From positions 5,792,001 through 5,856,000 of the forward strand of contig OZ253462.1 of NCBI GenBank assembly GCA_965261395.1: DNA of 64,000 nucleotides. The letters are read 5' to 3'. The stretch's first letter is position 1, and each line of letters opens with the position of its first letter. Shown piece by piece: positions 51,179 to 61,063 of the stretch. The translations under genes and the position numbers were made by a program. Origin of the DNA: Candidatus Latescibacterota bacterium. GTDB lineage: Bacteria; Latescibacterota; UBA2968; UBA8231. The notes beneath the pieces are model-generated. The model saw nothing but the letters and a program-made list of their open reading frames with translations, had not been told where the DNA came from and made no database searches.

Positions 51179-51817
51179 TCAAGAGCAAATACAGCTCGGC
51201 CACCCCTTCTTGCGCGCCAGCCGCGCCAGTCGTCCGTCTGGATTGACAACGACGGGATGAGCGACCGCTGCCAGCAAAAAGCGGTCGTCGAAGGCGTTTC
51301 CGTAGGCTGCGGATTCGCGCAGATCGAATCCGTGTGCGCGTGCCACTTCGTCTGACAAACGTACCTTCTCAGGCCCGGATACGCGCAGGCCGTCCAAGTC
51401 GCCCGTTAAGCGTCCCTGCTTGCAGACTAGCTTGGTCCCAACGACGAAATCCAAATCGAGGAGATCCTTCAGGGGTGCGATCAGGGGTTGCGGTGCTCCC
51501 GACACGATGCCGAGACAATCTCCAGCGGCGCGATGTGTTTCTATTAGACGCTTGGCCTGATCTGAGATTTGGCGAGTTAGTTGCTGGCGACAGAAGGACT
51601 CAGCCGTTTCCGCGAGCAGACCCATCTCAACGCCGCCGAAGTGGGTTTTGTTGGACTGGACGCCGCGGGTGGGGATGCGGACGGCCCAAGACAGGAACGC
51701 GCGAACTGCCTTTGGAGGGGTCTGCTTGCCGGTCTGCAACGCGAAGCGGATGAACTCCCTTTCGGCGCTAGTACCAGGCAGCAGCGTCCCGTCTAGGTCG
51801 AATATCGCGGCTTTCAC
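51179..51817 (-). CDS. HAD-IB family phosphatase
   Basis: FDLDGTL, VSG, AYGN..DD, VNPD. Confidence 0.85.
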   Translation of the reverse strand: MKAAIFDLDGTLLPGTSAEREFIRFALQTGKQTPPKAVRAFLSWAVRIPTRGVQSNKTHFGGVEMGLLAETAESFCRQQLTRQISDQAKRLIETHRAAGDCLGIVSGAPQPLIAPLKDLLDLDFVVGTKLVCKQGRLTGDLDGLRVSGPEKVRLSDEVARAHGFDLRESAAYGNAFDDRFLLAAVAHPVVVNPDGRLARLARKKGWPSCICS

Positions 51818-51825
51818 GGTACTGG

Positions 51826-52479
51826 CTAATCCCGCAGCAGGCCGGGAAACATTTTGCGAAACAGAACGTCTTGACTATCCCATATTACCGGGATGCCCCT
51901 TACTATGCACATCACCACCGTCAACCAGACGATTGCCTCTCCGACCAGCATTAGCAACTCCGTGGACACCCCGATTGACCAACCATACTCGGCTTGGCCG
52001 GACTGAATCAGCAGCACCGCGCCCAGATAGACAAACACGACCGCCTTGGTAAAGCCGTAGAGCGCCCGACTGAAGCGAGAGCTCACGAGTGCCTTCGCCC
52101 ACCGGCTGCGCATCATCGTCTTACTGCCGAATGGGGTCTTGCCCGCGTCCACAAAGGCGAGCATCCGCAGCCAGTCGATGAGGAAACTCCGGGCGACGAC
52201 GATGGCCGCCGCCCAGAAGCTGGCCATGCCGATTGAGGCAAAATAAACCCAGAAGACGTTCTCTACAATGCGATCCCCGGCGATGTCGAACATCGCGCCC
52301 AGATCGGATTCGATGCCGAGGCGACGGGCAATGATACCGTCGAGCGCGTCCATGTAAAGGGTGGCGATCGTCAGTAAAACCGCCACCCCGCAGGCGATGG
52401 TGTTGACTTTGTACAGCCCAATTACCAGGAACACTAGGAATATTCGGATCAACGTCACGAGATTTGCTTGCATGTTCAC
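51826..52479 (-). CDS. CDP-alcohol phosphatidyltransferase
   Basis: DALDGIIAR......LGAMFDIAGDR. Confidence 0.9.
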   Translation of the reverse strand: MNMQANLVTLIRIFLVFLVIGLYKVNTIACGVAVLLTIATLYMDALDGIIARRLGIESDLGAMFDIAGDRIVENVFWVYFASIGMASFWAAAIVVARSFLIDWLRMLAFVDAGKTPFGSKTMMRSRWAKALVSSRFSRALYGFTKAVVFVYLGAVLLIQSGQAEYGWSIGVSTELLMLVGEAIVWLTVVMCIVRGIPVIWDSQDVLFRKMFPGLLRD

Positions 52480-52541
52480 CTCCCTCGCAATGGAAAAATA
52501 TCGACTGGCGATAGGGTCTTATTATAAAGTAGGAGGTGCCG

Positions 52542-53096
52542 ATGGAAAACTACAGTGTCAGAATGATCCGCGAGGACATGGAAAATATTCCGCAATTCCC
52601 GATCCCCAAAGGGTTCGCCATGCGGAATTACCGTCCGCATGAAGGGGCTATCTGGACGCGGATTCAGCGAGCGGCAGAACTGCACTTCGACGTTGACGAC
52701 CAGCTTTTTGAGCGCGAATTCAACCGCGATTTTGGGGCGCTGGAGGACCGGAGTTTTTACCTGACCACCGACGCCGGCGAAGAGATCGGGACCATCACGG
52801 CGTGGTGGCAGCCCGATTTGAACGGCCAGGAGTGGGGACAGATTCACTGGGTTGCGATTCACCCGGACTATCAGGGACGCGGGCTTGCCAAGCCGATGAT
52901 GTCTGTGGCGATGGCATGCCTCAAGCGATTCCACCAGCGCAGTTTTCTCGGCACCTCAAGCGGGCGGGTTCCCGCGATCAAAGTGTATCTCGATTGCGGA
53001 TTTTACCCAGACCTTGAGCAAGAGAATAGCCAACGGGCTTGGGCGGAAGTCGCGTCCGTTTTGGAACACCCGGTTTTAAGGGCCTGCGGTTTTTAG
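52542..53096 (+). CDS. GNAT N-acetyltransferase
   Basis: VAIHPDYQGRGLAK and AIKVY..CGF; AGGAGG RBS. Confidence 0.88.
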   Translation: MENYSVRMIREDMENIPQFPIPKGFAMRNYRPHEGAIWTRIQRAAELHFDVDDQLFEREFNRDFGALEDRSFYLTTDAGEEIGTITAWWQPDLNGQEWGQIHWVAIHPDYQGRGLAKPMMSVAMACLKRFHQRSFLGTSSGRVPAIKVYLDCGFYPDLEQENSQRAWAEVASVLEHPVLRACGF

Positions 53097-53115
53097 CAAG
53101 GCTAGTGTCCGCCGG

Positions 53116-54696
53116 TCAAGCCAACCCCAAGTCCGCGGCGATCACCTGCCACGCGTTGTAACCCGGCAGCCCGGTGATGTTCCCCGACGGGTGGCAGCAC
53201 GAACCGCACAGGTATAGCCTCGCCAGATAGCCCCGGTAGTGGCCAGCGCCCGGGAAGGGCCGGTTGTAGCCGACCTGACCGTGGCCGAGTGAACCTACTA
53301 GTAGGTCGCCGTCGCGCATGTTCGGCAGCAGCTTGGGGATGTGGTGGACCGGGCGGATCAGGCGCTGGCGCACGACATCCCGCAGGTTCGGTGCGCAATC
53401 GGCCCAGGCGTCGAACATGCGGCGACCGTGGGCTGTGGCCTCTGCGTCCCAGTGATCGGCGTGGCCACGCAGGCGGAAGGGCACCTTCTCCCACATGAAG
53501 GCGGTATGGGCATTGTCGGGTGCCTGAGTGGCGTCAAAGCGGCTGGGACAGGATCCCCACATCACCGTCGGCGGCAACTGGCCCAGCTCGTGCGCCCGTA
53601 CTATGTCGTCGAAGTCGGTCACCGACTGTAGGCCGAGGAGGACCATGAAGGCGTCGTCCAGCTCGGGATCGACCTCGGCCGCCGAGTAGGCCGGGGCCTC
53701 GTCGAGGTTGAGATAGAGGCCGAATAGGGGAGCCAGCAGGTTGTAGCGGAACGCGGCGGCTAGGTCGCGCCAAGAAGCTGGCAAGTGCGCGGGATCAATC
53801 AGGTCGAGGAAGGTCTGCTGCGGGTTGAGGCCCGAGGCGATGAAGTGGCGGGCGTCAATCCGCTCTCCCCCGGCCGTGACGACCCCGGCGGCCCGCCCCG
53901 GCTCGCTGGCAACAGGCTGCACCGCGATCTGCGTCAGCTCGACGTCGGTGCGGACCTCGCCACCGGCCTCAGCGATGGCGGCGATGAGGGCTTCGGCTAG
54001 CCGGGCCGAGCCACCGATGCACATCTGCGCCTTGCCGCGGGCGGCCAACAGAGCCGGGATGTGGTGGCCGAAGCCGGGCGCGCGCGGATCGACTTCGCGC
54101 AGGCCGTTGAAGAACAGGAGGCCGGCCTGCACTGCTGGGCTCTCGAACTCGCGCAGCACGAACTCGCGTGGCGAGTAGGCGCTCGTTTTTAGTAGCAGGT
54201 GGCCCTCGGCCGTGGCTTCCAAGCGGCGCTGGCGCTCTAGGGCCGACAGCGGGGGAGCCTGCGCCTCGGGTTCCAGAATTTGCGTCACGATCGGCAGGAA
54301 TGACTCGCGCCAGCGGCGCAGGCTGGCGGCGTCCCGGCGGCTGAACTGGGCAAAGGAGTCGGCGGTGCGTTCGAAGTCCGTCCACCAGGTCAGGGAGCGC
54401 CCGTCCGGGAGCAGCATGGCCACGTTTAGCTCGGGCTCGAGGTAGCGAGCACCGTGCCGCTCGAGTTCGAGTTCGGCGTACCACGGCATCCGGGTTACAC
54501 CTCGGTGGTAGAACGAGTGGGTGTTGTGCAGGAATCTGGAGCCGACCGGCCACTCTTCGGTGCGCAGTCCGCCGCCGGCTACGACGTTTCGCTCTAGGCT
54601 GACGACGTGTAGGCCGGCCCGGCACAGGTAGGCCTGTAGGATCAGGCTGTTGTGGCCGGTTCCAAGGATGATGCCGTCGTACGTGGAGTCCGCCAT
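53116..54696 (-). CDS. Phytoene desaturase-like FAD-dependent oxidoreductase
   Basis: IILGTGHNSL, LYLCGSCCHPSGNITGLPGYNA. Confidence 0.85.
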   Translation of the reverse strand: MADSTYDGIILGTGHNSLILQAYLCRAGLHVVSLERNVVAGGGLRTEEWPVGSRFLHNTHSFYHRGVTRMPWYAELELERHGARYLEPELNVAMLLPDGRSLTWWTDFERTADSFAQFSRRDAASLRRWRESFLPIVTQILEPEAQAPPLSALERQRRLEATAEGHLLLKTSAYSPREFVLREFESPAVQAGLLFFNGLREVDPRAPGFGHHIPALLAARGKAQMCIGGSARLAEALIAAIAEAGGEVRTDVELTQIAVQPVASEPGRAAGVVTAGGERIDARHFIASGLNPQQTFLDLIDPAHLPASWRDLAAAFRYNLLAPLFGLYLNLDEAPAYSAAEVDPELDDAFMVLLGLQSVTDFDDIVRAHELGQLPPTVMWGSCPSRFDATQAPDNAHTAFMWEKVPFRLRGHADHWDAEATAHGRRMFDAWADCAPNLRDVVRQRLIRPVHHIPKLLPNMRDGDLLVGSLGHGQVGYNRPFPGAGHYRGYLARLYLCGSCCHPSGNITGLPGYNAWQVIAADLGLA

Positions 54697-54909
54697 GACC
54701 AGCAATCTAACGTCCGGTAATTTAAAAGGGCAATTGCCATATTGTATGTATATGGCCGCCTTGGCGATTGAGTCAGGCAGCGAATGGATCACTACCCAAG
54801 GGGTGAGCCTGAACCGGCTTGTGAGTACGCGGCTTGCAAGCACCTCCTAATTGGTTGCGGTGCCCTCGTCCGCTAGCTCCTCAGTCGTCCGTCTTCGGCG
54901 GCCAACTCC

Positions 54910-56523
54910 TCAGTCAATCCCTTCGGCGCTCGTGTTCCCACCGCGGCGGTAGCTGACGTGGAGCTCCACGTTCCGCACCACGACCGGCGGTCGCAGACGA
55001 GGGTCGCGTTCGCGCAGGTCGATGCCGACGAGGTGGACGCCCTTGCCGACCTGTGCCGGCACCAGCGGCCAGACGAGCCACGTGTTCTCGGACACGTCCG
55101 CCGGATTCGCCGCCTCCTCGGCCGCCGGGCTGCGACGCACCGGGTCCTCCAGCCGCTGCCCGTCGAGCTCCACGGCGACCCGGTCCCGGGGCGACAGGTG
55201 GTCGAGATCGACCTGCAGCTCCAGCGCCGCGTCCTCCGACACCTCCTCGTACACGCCGATGTGGAACCGCGGACCGCCCTCCACCAGGGTGCGCAGCAGA
55301 TCGACGGGCACCTCGCCGCGCAGCCGGTCGTCCCGCTCGGCGCCGTAGCGCAGCTCGCTCCGGTCGCGGATGTGGCGCTTGACGGCGGCGTACACCTTGG
55401 CTGTGCGCCGCAGGCTGTCGGGTGCGCCGAGGCTCTGCAGCAGCGGCCGGACCGCATGCACGTGGTTGTGCCAGTTGAACAGATGCACGCCCGTGGCACC
55501 GCGCTCGTAGAAGCCGGTGGCTAGGCCGCGGAACCAAGCCTCTCGCCACCGCTCGGCGGGCAGCAGGTGCCCGCGCCCCCACTCGCCGTGGCTGTCGAAC
55601 CCGGGATACAGCCGCACCTCGCTGCCTCGCATCATCTCCACGTAGGCCTCCACCTCCACGTCCGGATCGGTCCCCGAGTTCGCCCCCGTGACGACGATGT
55701 CGCACAGGCCCTCCTCGATCCAGGCCTTCAGGTCGTAGCCGACGCGCCGGTTCGTCTCCTGGGAGGCACCGACGCGCACGATCACGTGAAAGGGCCGTCC
55801 GCGCCGCTGGGCGATCGCGTCGCCGAGGCGGCGCACGGCGCGCTGCAGATCGGTGAGGGTGTAGCGCAGACGGTAGGCGTCCTCTTCGGGCAGGTGGAAG
55901 GCATGGCGCTGCCAGTCGAGCTCGACGCCGTCCCAGTCCGCCAACTCGCAGGCCTCGGTGATGCGTTGCAGGGTGTACTCACGGACCTCCGGCACCGCCA
56001 TGTTCCACGACGTAGCTGCCCAAGCCGGCGCTTTGGCTGCGCCGAGCACCCACTCCGGGTGGCTCTTGCGGAACGCCGTGAGATGGGGTCGTTCCGTCGC
56101 TGCCATCTCCTCCGGCCGCAGCGGCTTGGCCCGGCGCTCGGCATCGGACCAGAAGTGGTTGTCGTTCATGCGCACCGAGGCGTACACGCCGAGTCCCATC
56201 TGGTGGCCGCGGCGTACGAGTTGGCCGTATAGGTCGACGCTGCCATCGAACATCGCCCGCAGGCTCTCCGCCCGGCGCATGTCGCTGAGGGAGAAGTACC
56301 GGCGGCCCTCTGCCTCACCGATCATCGGCAGCCGGTCCGAGGGCCAGTGTGCCTCCTCGACCCCCACACACCACGACAGGGCACCGACCTGGGTCCCCGT
56401 TAGGGGCCCGTAGATCCGCTCTATCAGATCCTCGACGGACATCGGAACCTCGGCGTGCTTCAGGTAGCCGCCGTCGTTGTTCAGGATGATCCCGTAGTCG
56501 GGCGCGGGCGGGCGCGGGCTCAC
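54910..56523 (-). CDS. Putative TIM-barrel glycoside hydrolase-like protein
   Basis: NNDG, SVRMND.H, DGVELDWQRH, GVHLFNW. Confidence 0.6.
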   Translation of the reverse strand: MSPRPPAPDYGIILNNDGGYLKHAEVPMSVEDLIERIYGPLTGTQVGALSWCVGVEEAHWPSDRLPMIGEAEGRRYFSLSDMRRAESLRAMFDGSVDLYGQLVRRGHQMGLGVYASVRMNDNHFWSDAERRAKPLRPEEMAATERPHLTAFRKSHPEWVLGAAKAPAWAATSWNMAVPEVREYTLQRITEACELADWDGVELDWQRHAFHLPEEDAYRLRYTLTDLQRAVRRLGDAIAQRRGRPFHVIVRVGASQETNRRVGYDLKAWIEEGLCDIVVTGANSGTDPDVEVEAYVEMMRGSEVRLYPGFDSHGEWGRGHLLPAERWREAWFRGLATGFYERGATGVHLFNWHNHVHAVRPLLQSLGAPDSLRRTAKVYAAVKRHIRDRSELRYGAERDDRLRGEVPVDLLRTLVEGGPRFHIGVYEEVSEDAALELQVDLDHLSPRDRVAVELDGQRLEDPVRRSPAAEEAANPADVSENTWLVWPLVPAQVGKGVHLVGIDLRERDPRLRPPVVVRNVELHVSYRRGGNTSAEGID

Positions 56524-56572
56524 GCTGAGGTCCCAGCCGCTCGGGGTGTATAGCGACCCGCGCTCTCGGTGC

Positions 56573-57460
56573 TCATCGCACCGGCTCCGGGTCGATGGTC
56601 CCGAGGGGCACCTCGAGCAGGTCCTGCCCGAGGATCACCTGCCCGTCGAACACCTCTCCCACCTCGTGCAGCACGCGCTCCCGCACGCCGGGCGTCTCCA
56701 ACTGCTCTGTCAGATGAACGAGGACCAACGTCTTCACGCCGGCGTCCCGCGCCGTGGTCGCTGCATCGAGGTGGCCGGAGCAGCAATTGGTCAGACGTTC
56801 GTCGGTGACTACGCCGTTGATGAAGTGGCACATGTGCAGCAGCACGTCCGCGCCTCTCGCCAACTCGGTGAGACGGTCCACTGGTGCCGTGTCGCCGCCG
56901 AACACGATGGTGCCGCCGGGTGTGGCCAGGCGGTAGGCCAGGCAGGTGAGCTGCGGCTGTACGTGCACCACCTCGGCCACATCGACCTGCCAGTCGCGGG
57001 TCTCGATCCGGTCTCCGTGCTCGACCTCGCGCACCTCGGGGTTGGGTCGCTCCCGTGGCATCACGCCGCCGCGCGCCTCGTACACGAAGTGACTGCCCGG
57101 GTGCTCGGTACGGGCCGCGAGGTCCGGGCCGAAGGCACCGTTGGCAGAGAACAACTGGTGCGACATGTGCGCCGTGGGTGCCGGGCCGTACACCCGCAGT
57201 TCCGGGATCTGGCCGACGCTTTGATCCCAACGCGTTAGTACCAAGTAGGCGTAGTCAACGCAGTGGTCGTAGTGCAGGTGGGTCAGGAACAGGTGGTCGA
57301 TTGAGGGCAGAGCGAGGCCGGCTTCAATCATGCGTCGCACCGATCCTGGGCCGCAGTCGAAGATTAGGGTCTCGTCCCCCGTCTGGACGAGATAGCTGGA
57401 GCCGCCGCGGTGGGCTAGCGGGGCGGGCGTGCCGGTGCAGAGGAGTTGGAGTCGCATCAT
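56573..57460 (-). CDS. MBL-fold (RNase Z-like) metallo-hydrolase
   Basis: THLHYDH, GGDT, LVLVH. Confidence 0.88.
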   Translation of the reverse strand: MMRLQLLCTGTPAPLAHRGGSSYLVQTGDETLIFDCGPGSVRRMIEAGLALPSIDHLFLTHLHYDHCVDYAYLVLTRWDQSVGQIPELRVYGPAPTAHMSHQLFSANGAFGPDLAARTEHPGSHFVYEARGGVMPRERPNPEVREVEHGDRIETRDWQVDVAEVVHVQPQLTCLAYRLATPGGTIVFGGDTAPVDRLTELARGADVLLHMCHFINGVVTDERLTNCCSGHLDAATTARDAGVKTLVLVHLTEQLETPGVRERVLHEVGEVFDGQVILGQDLLEVPLGTIDPEPVR

Positions 57461-57468
57461 CACTCTCC

Positions 57469-58212
57469 TCAGTCGCCCGTCCTCGGCGGCCAGGTGGCGA
57501 AGTACTCGGGTGCCCAGCATCTGGCGAGGTGGTAGTTGCGTTTCTGATAGGACCCGGCGGGCGGTGCCGTCTCGGCTTCGATCCAAGCCTCGGCACCAGC
57601 TAGCTGGGGGAATTCTATGATCCAGAGGAACTCGCCTTCGGTGTTGGTCCCGAGTAGTCGGAAGACTTCCCCGTGGATGAGGTCGTGCTCTCGGGCCACC
57701 TCTTGCAGTCGCCGCTGGCGCTCCTCGTCGCCGCGCGTTCGGGGGTCAACTTGGTCGGGGCCGCGACGCCAGCCGCCGAAGGCGAGTACGACGATTGAGG
57801 AGGGATCGACGGTCAGGGGTGGGATCACGTGCGGATCGGCGTCGGGGGCCACGGGGGGTTCGGGTTTGCGGGGTAGCCAAGCTAGGCTCTCTGGTTGCCA
57901 GCGGCGGGCGAGGGAGTAGTCGTAGAAGCCGTAGCGTCCGTATGGAGGCTCCACCTCAGCCGACATCCAAGTCTCGGCACCGGCTAGGTCTGGGAATTCG
58001 ATGGTCCAGAACCGCTCCCAACTGTTTTGGGGTGCCAGCAGGCGGTACCCGTGTATGCCGATCAGACCGTGGCGTTCGGAGACGGACAGCATCAGGTCCA
58101 CGTGTTGGCGCTCGTAGTCGTGCCGCTGCGCGTCGTCGAGTTGATGCCACTGAGGCAAGCGTCCACCCCGGAACAGAATGACGACGCTGTCGCCTTGGGC
58201 TGAATTAGTCAT
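57469..58212 (-). CDS. Hypothetical protein with two duplicated ferredoxin-like domains
   Basis: W.IEFP.LAGAE.W..AE..PP occurs twice. Confidence 0.7.
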   Translation of the reverse strand: MTNSAQGDSVVILFRGGRLPQWHQLDDAQRHDYERQHVDLMLSVSERHGLIGIHGYRLLAPQNSWERFWTIEFPDLAGAETWMSAEVEPPYGRYGFYDYSLARRWQPESLAWLPRKPEPPVAPDADPHVIPPLTVDPSSIVVLAFGGWRRGPDQVDPRTRGDEERQRRLQEVAREHDLIHGEVFRLLGTNTEGEFLWIIEFPQLAGAEAWIEAETAPPAGSYQKRNYHLARCWAPEYFATWPPRTGD

Positions 58213-58431
58213 ATAGCAGTCCTATATCATTCGCGAGATGATCCGCAGATGGACGCAGATAGACGCAGAATCCCTATGAAGGGGCGGTCATGGCGCGTCG
58301 ATCCAAGCGGATAGGGAAGAGGAGGGTATTTATCCGCAGCCTTGTCGGGCGCGATTCGTCCCCTCTGCGCGTGCAGACGATGAACCGCGCCCGATGAGTA
58401 TAGCCACCAACTCCACAGTTTATTCTTCATC

Positions 58432-59962
58432 CTACGGGGCTTTAGCCGGGTTCCTGCTGTCGACCGCCGAACATCCATAGCTGTTACAAGCAACAACCCA
58501 GTAGTAGTTGCCGTGTACGCCTGTGTGTGGGGTGGTATGGACGTAGAGTGTCTCGCTGTGTCCCGAAACCAGTAAACTACACCACGGCTCTTCGGATTCG
58601 CTACAGGCCGTCCGATGGAGATGCTCCCAGTAAATGTTGTAGTGGGTAGCCCCTTCCACAGGATCCCAACGGACGATTATTTTTTGTCCATCCCAAGCAG
58701 CTCGTACGTTTTTTGGGGAACCAGGGATAGAAGTAGGCTCTTGTTCACTTGGTTCACCTTGGGGTTCCTCAGATCCTTGTTGGCCTTGAGGTCCTTGAGG
58801 TCCTTGGGGTCCTGGCGGTCCGGGTTCACCTTGGGAACCTGATGGTCCGGGTTCACCTTGGGAACCTGATGGTCCGGGTTCACCTTGGGAACCTGATGGT
58901 CCGGGTTCACCTTGGGAACCTGGCGGTCCGGGTTCACCTTGGGGTCCTGGCGGTCCGGGTTCACCTTGGGAACCTGGAGGTCCGGGTTCACCTTGGGAAC
59001 CTGGAGGTCCTGGTTCGCCTTGAGGTCCTGGAGGTCCGGGCGGTCCTGGTTCGCCACCTTGTCCCTCGCCTTGTCCGCCTTGAGGTCCTTGAGGTCCTGG
59101 AGGTCCGGGTTCGCCTTGGGGTCCTGGAGGTCCTGGTTCGCCTTGAGGTCCTGGAGGTCCTTGTTCCCCTTGTTCCCCTTGTTCGCCCTGGGGTCCTTGG
59201 GGTCCGGGCGGTCCTGGAGGTCCTTGGGTTCCTTGTTCGCCCGTATCACCCTTTTCCCCTTGGGTTCCTTGTTCGCCTTGGATTCCTTGTTCCCCTTGTT
59301 CGCCCTGGGGTCCTTGGGGTCCGGGCGGTCCTGGAGGTCCTTGTTCGCCCGTATCGCCCTTTTCCCCTTGGATTCCTTGTTCGCCTTGGGTTCCTTGGGT
59401 TCCTTGTTCGCCCTGTTCGCCTTGAGGCCCTTGAATTGCTTCGCCTTGGGTTCCTTGTTCGCCCTGTTCGCCCGTATCGCCCGTATCACCCTTTTCCCCT
59501 TGGATTCCTTGTTCGCCTTGGGTTCCTTGGGTTCCTTGTTCGCCCTGTTCGCCTTGAGGCCCTTGAATTGCTTCGCCTTGGGTTCCTTGTTCGCCCTGTT
59601 CGCCTTGAGGCCCTTGAATTGCTTCGCCTTGGGTTCCTTGTTCGCCCTGTTCGCCTTGAGGCCCTTGAATTGCTTCGCCTTGGGTTCCTTGTTCGCCCTG
59701 TTCGCCCGTATCGCCCGTATCACCCTTTTCCCCTTGGATTCCTTGTTCGCCTTGGGTTCCTTGGGTTCCTGGTTCGCCCTGTTCGCCTTGAGGCCCTTGA
59801 ATTGCTTCGCCTTGGGTTCCTTGTTCACCCTGTTCACCCTGTTCACCCTGTTCCCCTTGGGTTCCTTGGGGCCCCATCGGCCCCGTCTGCCCCAGCCCCG
59901 TGCGGCCCTGAGCAGGTGGCGAGGCCGAACGCTAATAACGATAAAAACGCAAAGTACTTCAT
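58432..59962 (-). pseudogene. Collagen-repeat + FN3-like exported protein, signal peptide out of frame
   Basis: Long Gly-X-Y tract; PKNVRA...[14 protein letters not shown]...YYWVVACN; 2-nt shorter than paralogue near 59890-59900. Confidence 0.8.
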
Positions 59963-60045
59963 GGCCGGTCTCCTTTCGGATAGCTGTGCATAAGAAGTTT
60001 TGAAGAAATCGTTAGTCATTCAACGCCATTGTCCGCTACGCGGGG

Positions 60046-60825
60046 CTAAAAGTGAAGCGTCAGTCTGGCTCCTGATACATCCGGCCAGACCACAGGATCG
60101 ACACCGAGCGTGGCGCGGTCGCCATCAAACTCCAACAGATGCCCATAAGCAGGATTAGATTGCCGACTTTGCTCATTGATGCGGATGGCAGAGCGAGGGG
60201 CGTCAATCACGGACCACACATGGGCGCAGGCCCAAAGAATACCCCCGGGAAGGGCGCGCGTTTTATTATTTCCTTCAGGATCGGTCCAATGATAATAAGG
60301 AATACCATCCGCATCTTGCCCATAAGCCTTATAATTATCCTGCACCCCAATAAACACGAGCCCGGCCCCTGCTGCTGCGGCACCGAGTTGGACCATTCCC
60401 TTGGTGTATTGATCGTTATAGAATTGGCCGGTTCCAGGCATCACAAGCGATAGGGCGAAAGCCAGCCAAGGCTCTTTCTTCTTGACCCTAACTTGCCCTT
60501 TCATCTCCAGCATAGATTCCTTGGCCATTTTGGCCGCCTCGTCCGTGGTGTCATCCGGTTTGGGGTCTGGCTCGGCTTCAACCTCAGGCTCCAGCACCGG
60601 TTCCTTGACGATTTTGGCGATCTCCTCCAGCGTATAGAGGAACACGCTGCCGCCTTGTGTTTGGATCTTCAGCGATTCGCCCGGAATCTGTTCGATGATG
60701 GTGCCGCGAACGATGGTGCCATCCTTCAAGTAAACGACATCTTCCAGCGGCTGGGCGAAAAGCGGCGCGGTCGCTACAAAAGCCGTCAGGCACGCGACTA
60801 GCGCGACTAGGATAAAACGTAGCAT
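60046..60825 (-). CDS. Exported/membrane protein, duplicate copy 1
   Basis: Signal peptide, DVVYLKDG.IVRGTIIEQ domain, KEPWLAFALSL.MPG.GQFYN; C-terminal Phe. Confidence 0.75.
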   Translation of the reverse strand: MLRFILVALVACLTAFVATAPLFAQPLEDVVYLKDGTIVRGTIIEQIPGESLKIQTQGGSVFLYTLEEIAKIVKEPVLEPEVEAEPDPKPDDTTDEAAKMAKESMLEMKGQVRVKKKEPWLAFALSLVMPGTGQFYNDQYTKGMVQLGAAAAGAGLVFIGVQDNYKAYGQDADGIPYYHWTDPEGNNKTRALPGGILWACAHVWSVIDAPRSAIRINEQSRQSNPAYGHLLEFDGDRATLGVDPVVWPDVSGARLTLHF

Positions 60826-61063
60826 ATTTTACTCCATTCTTTTTGTGCGTCAGAGCAGGGTTTTCGGCGCGATTTTTCCAACCGCGTTGAACTCCTTTTG
60901 CATAGCTGTTCATACGGAGTTTTGCAAAGATCGTCCGTCATTATTGGTTTGCCTAAGCGAAGCGGGCCATTCGTCCTCAAGGTCCCACCTTTGTGGCTCG
61001 TCCTCTGCCGAAGGGGAAACGGAACCGTTTGCATGGAAGTGTATTTCATCCCCGACGACGGCG

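Noticed and set aside
58240-58275. Short cgcagat tandem repeat
   Set aside because: Too short to assign a function from this window alone
58677-60003. Long alternative-frame and antisense ORFs (389, 414, 363 aa)
   Set aside because: Shadows of the collagen Gly-X-Y repeat DNA, which lacks stops in several frames
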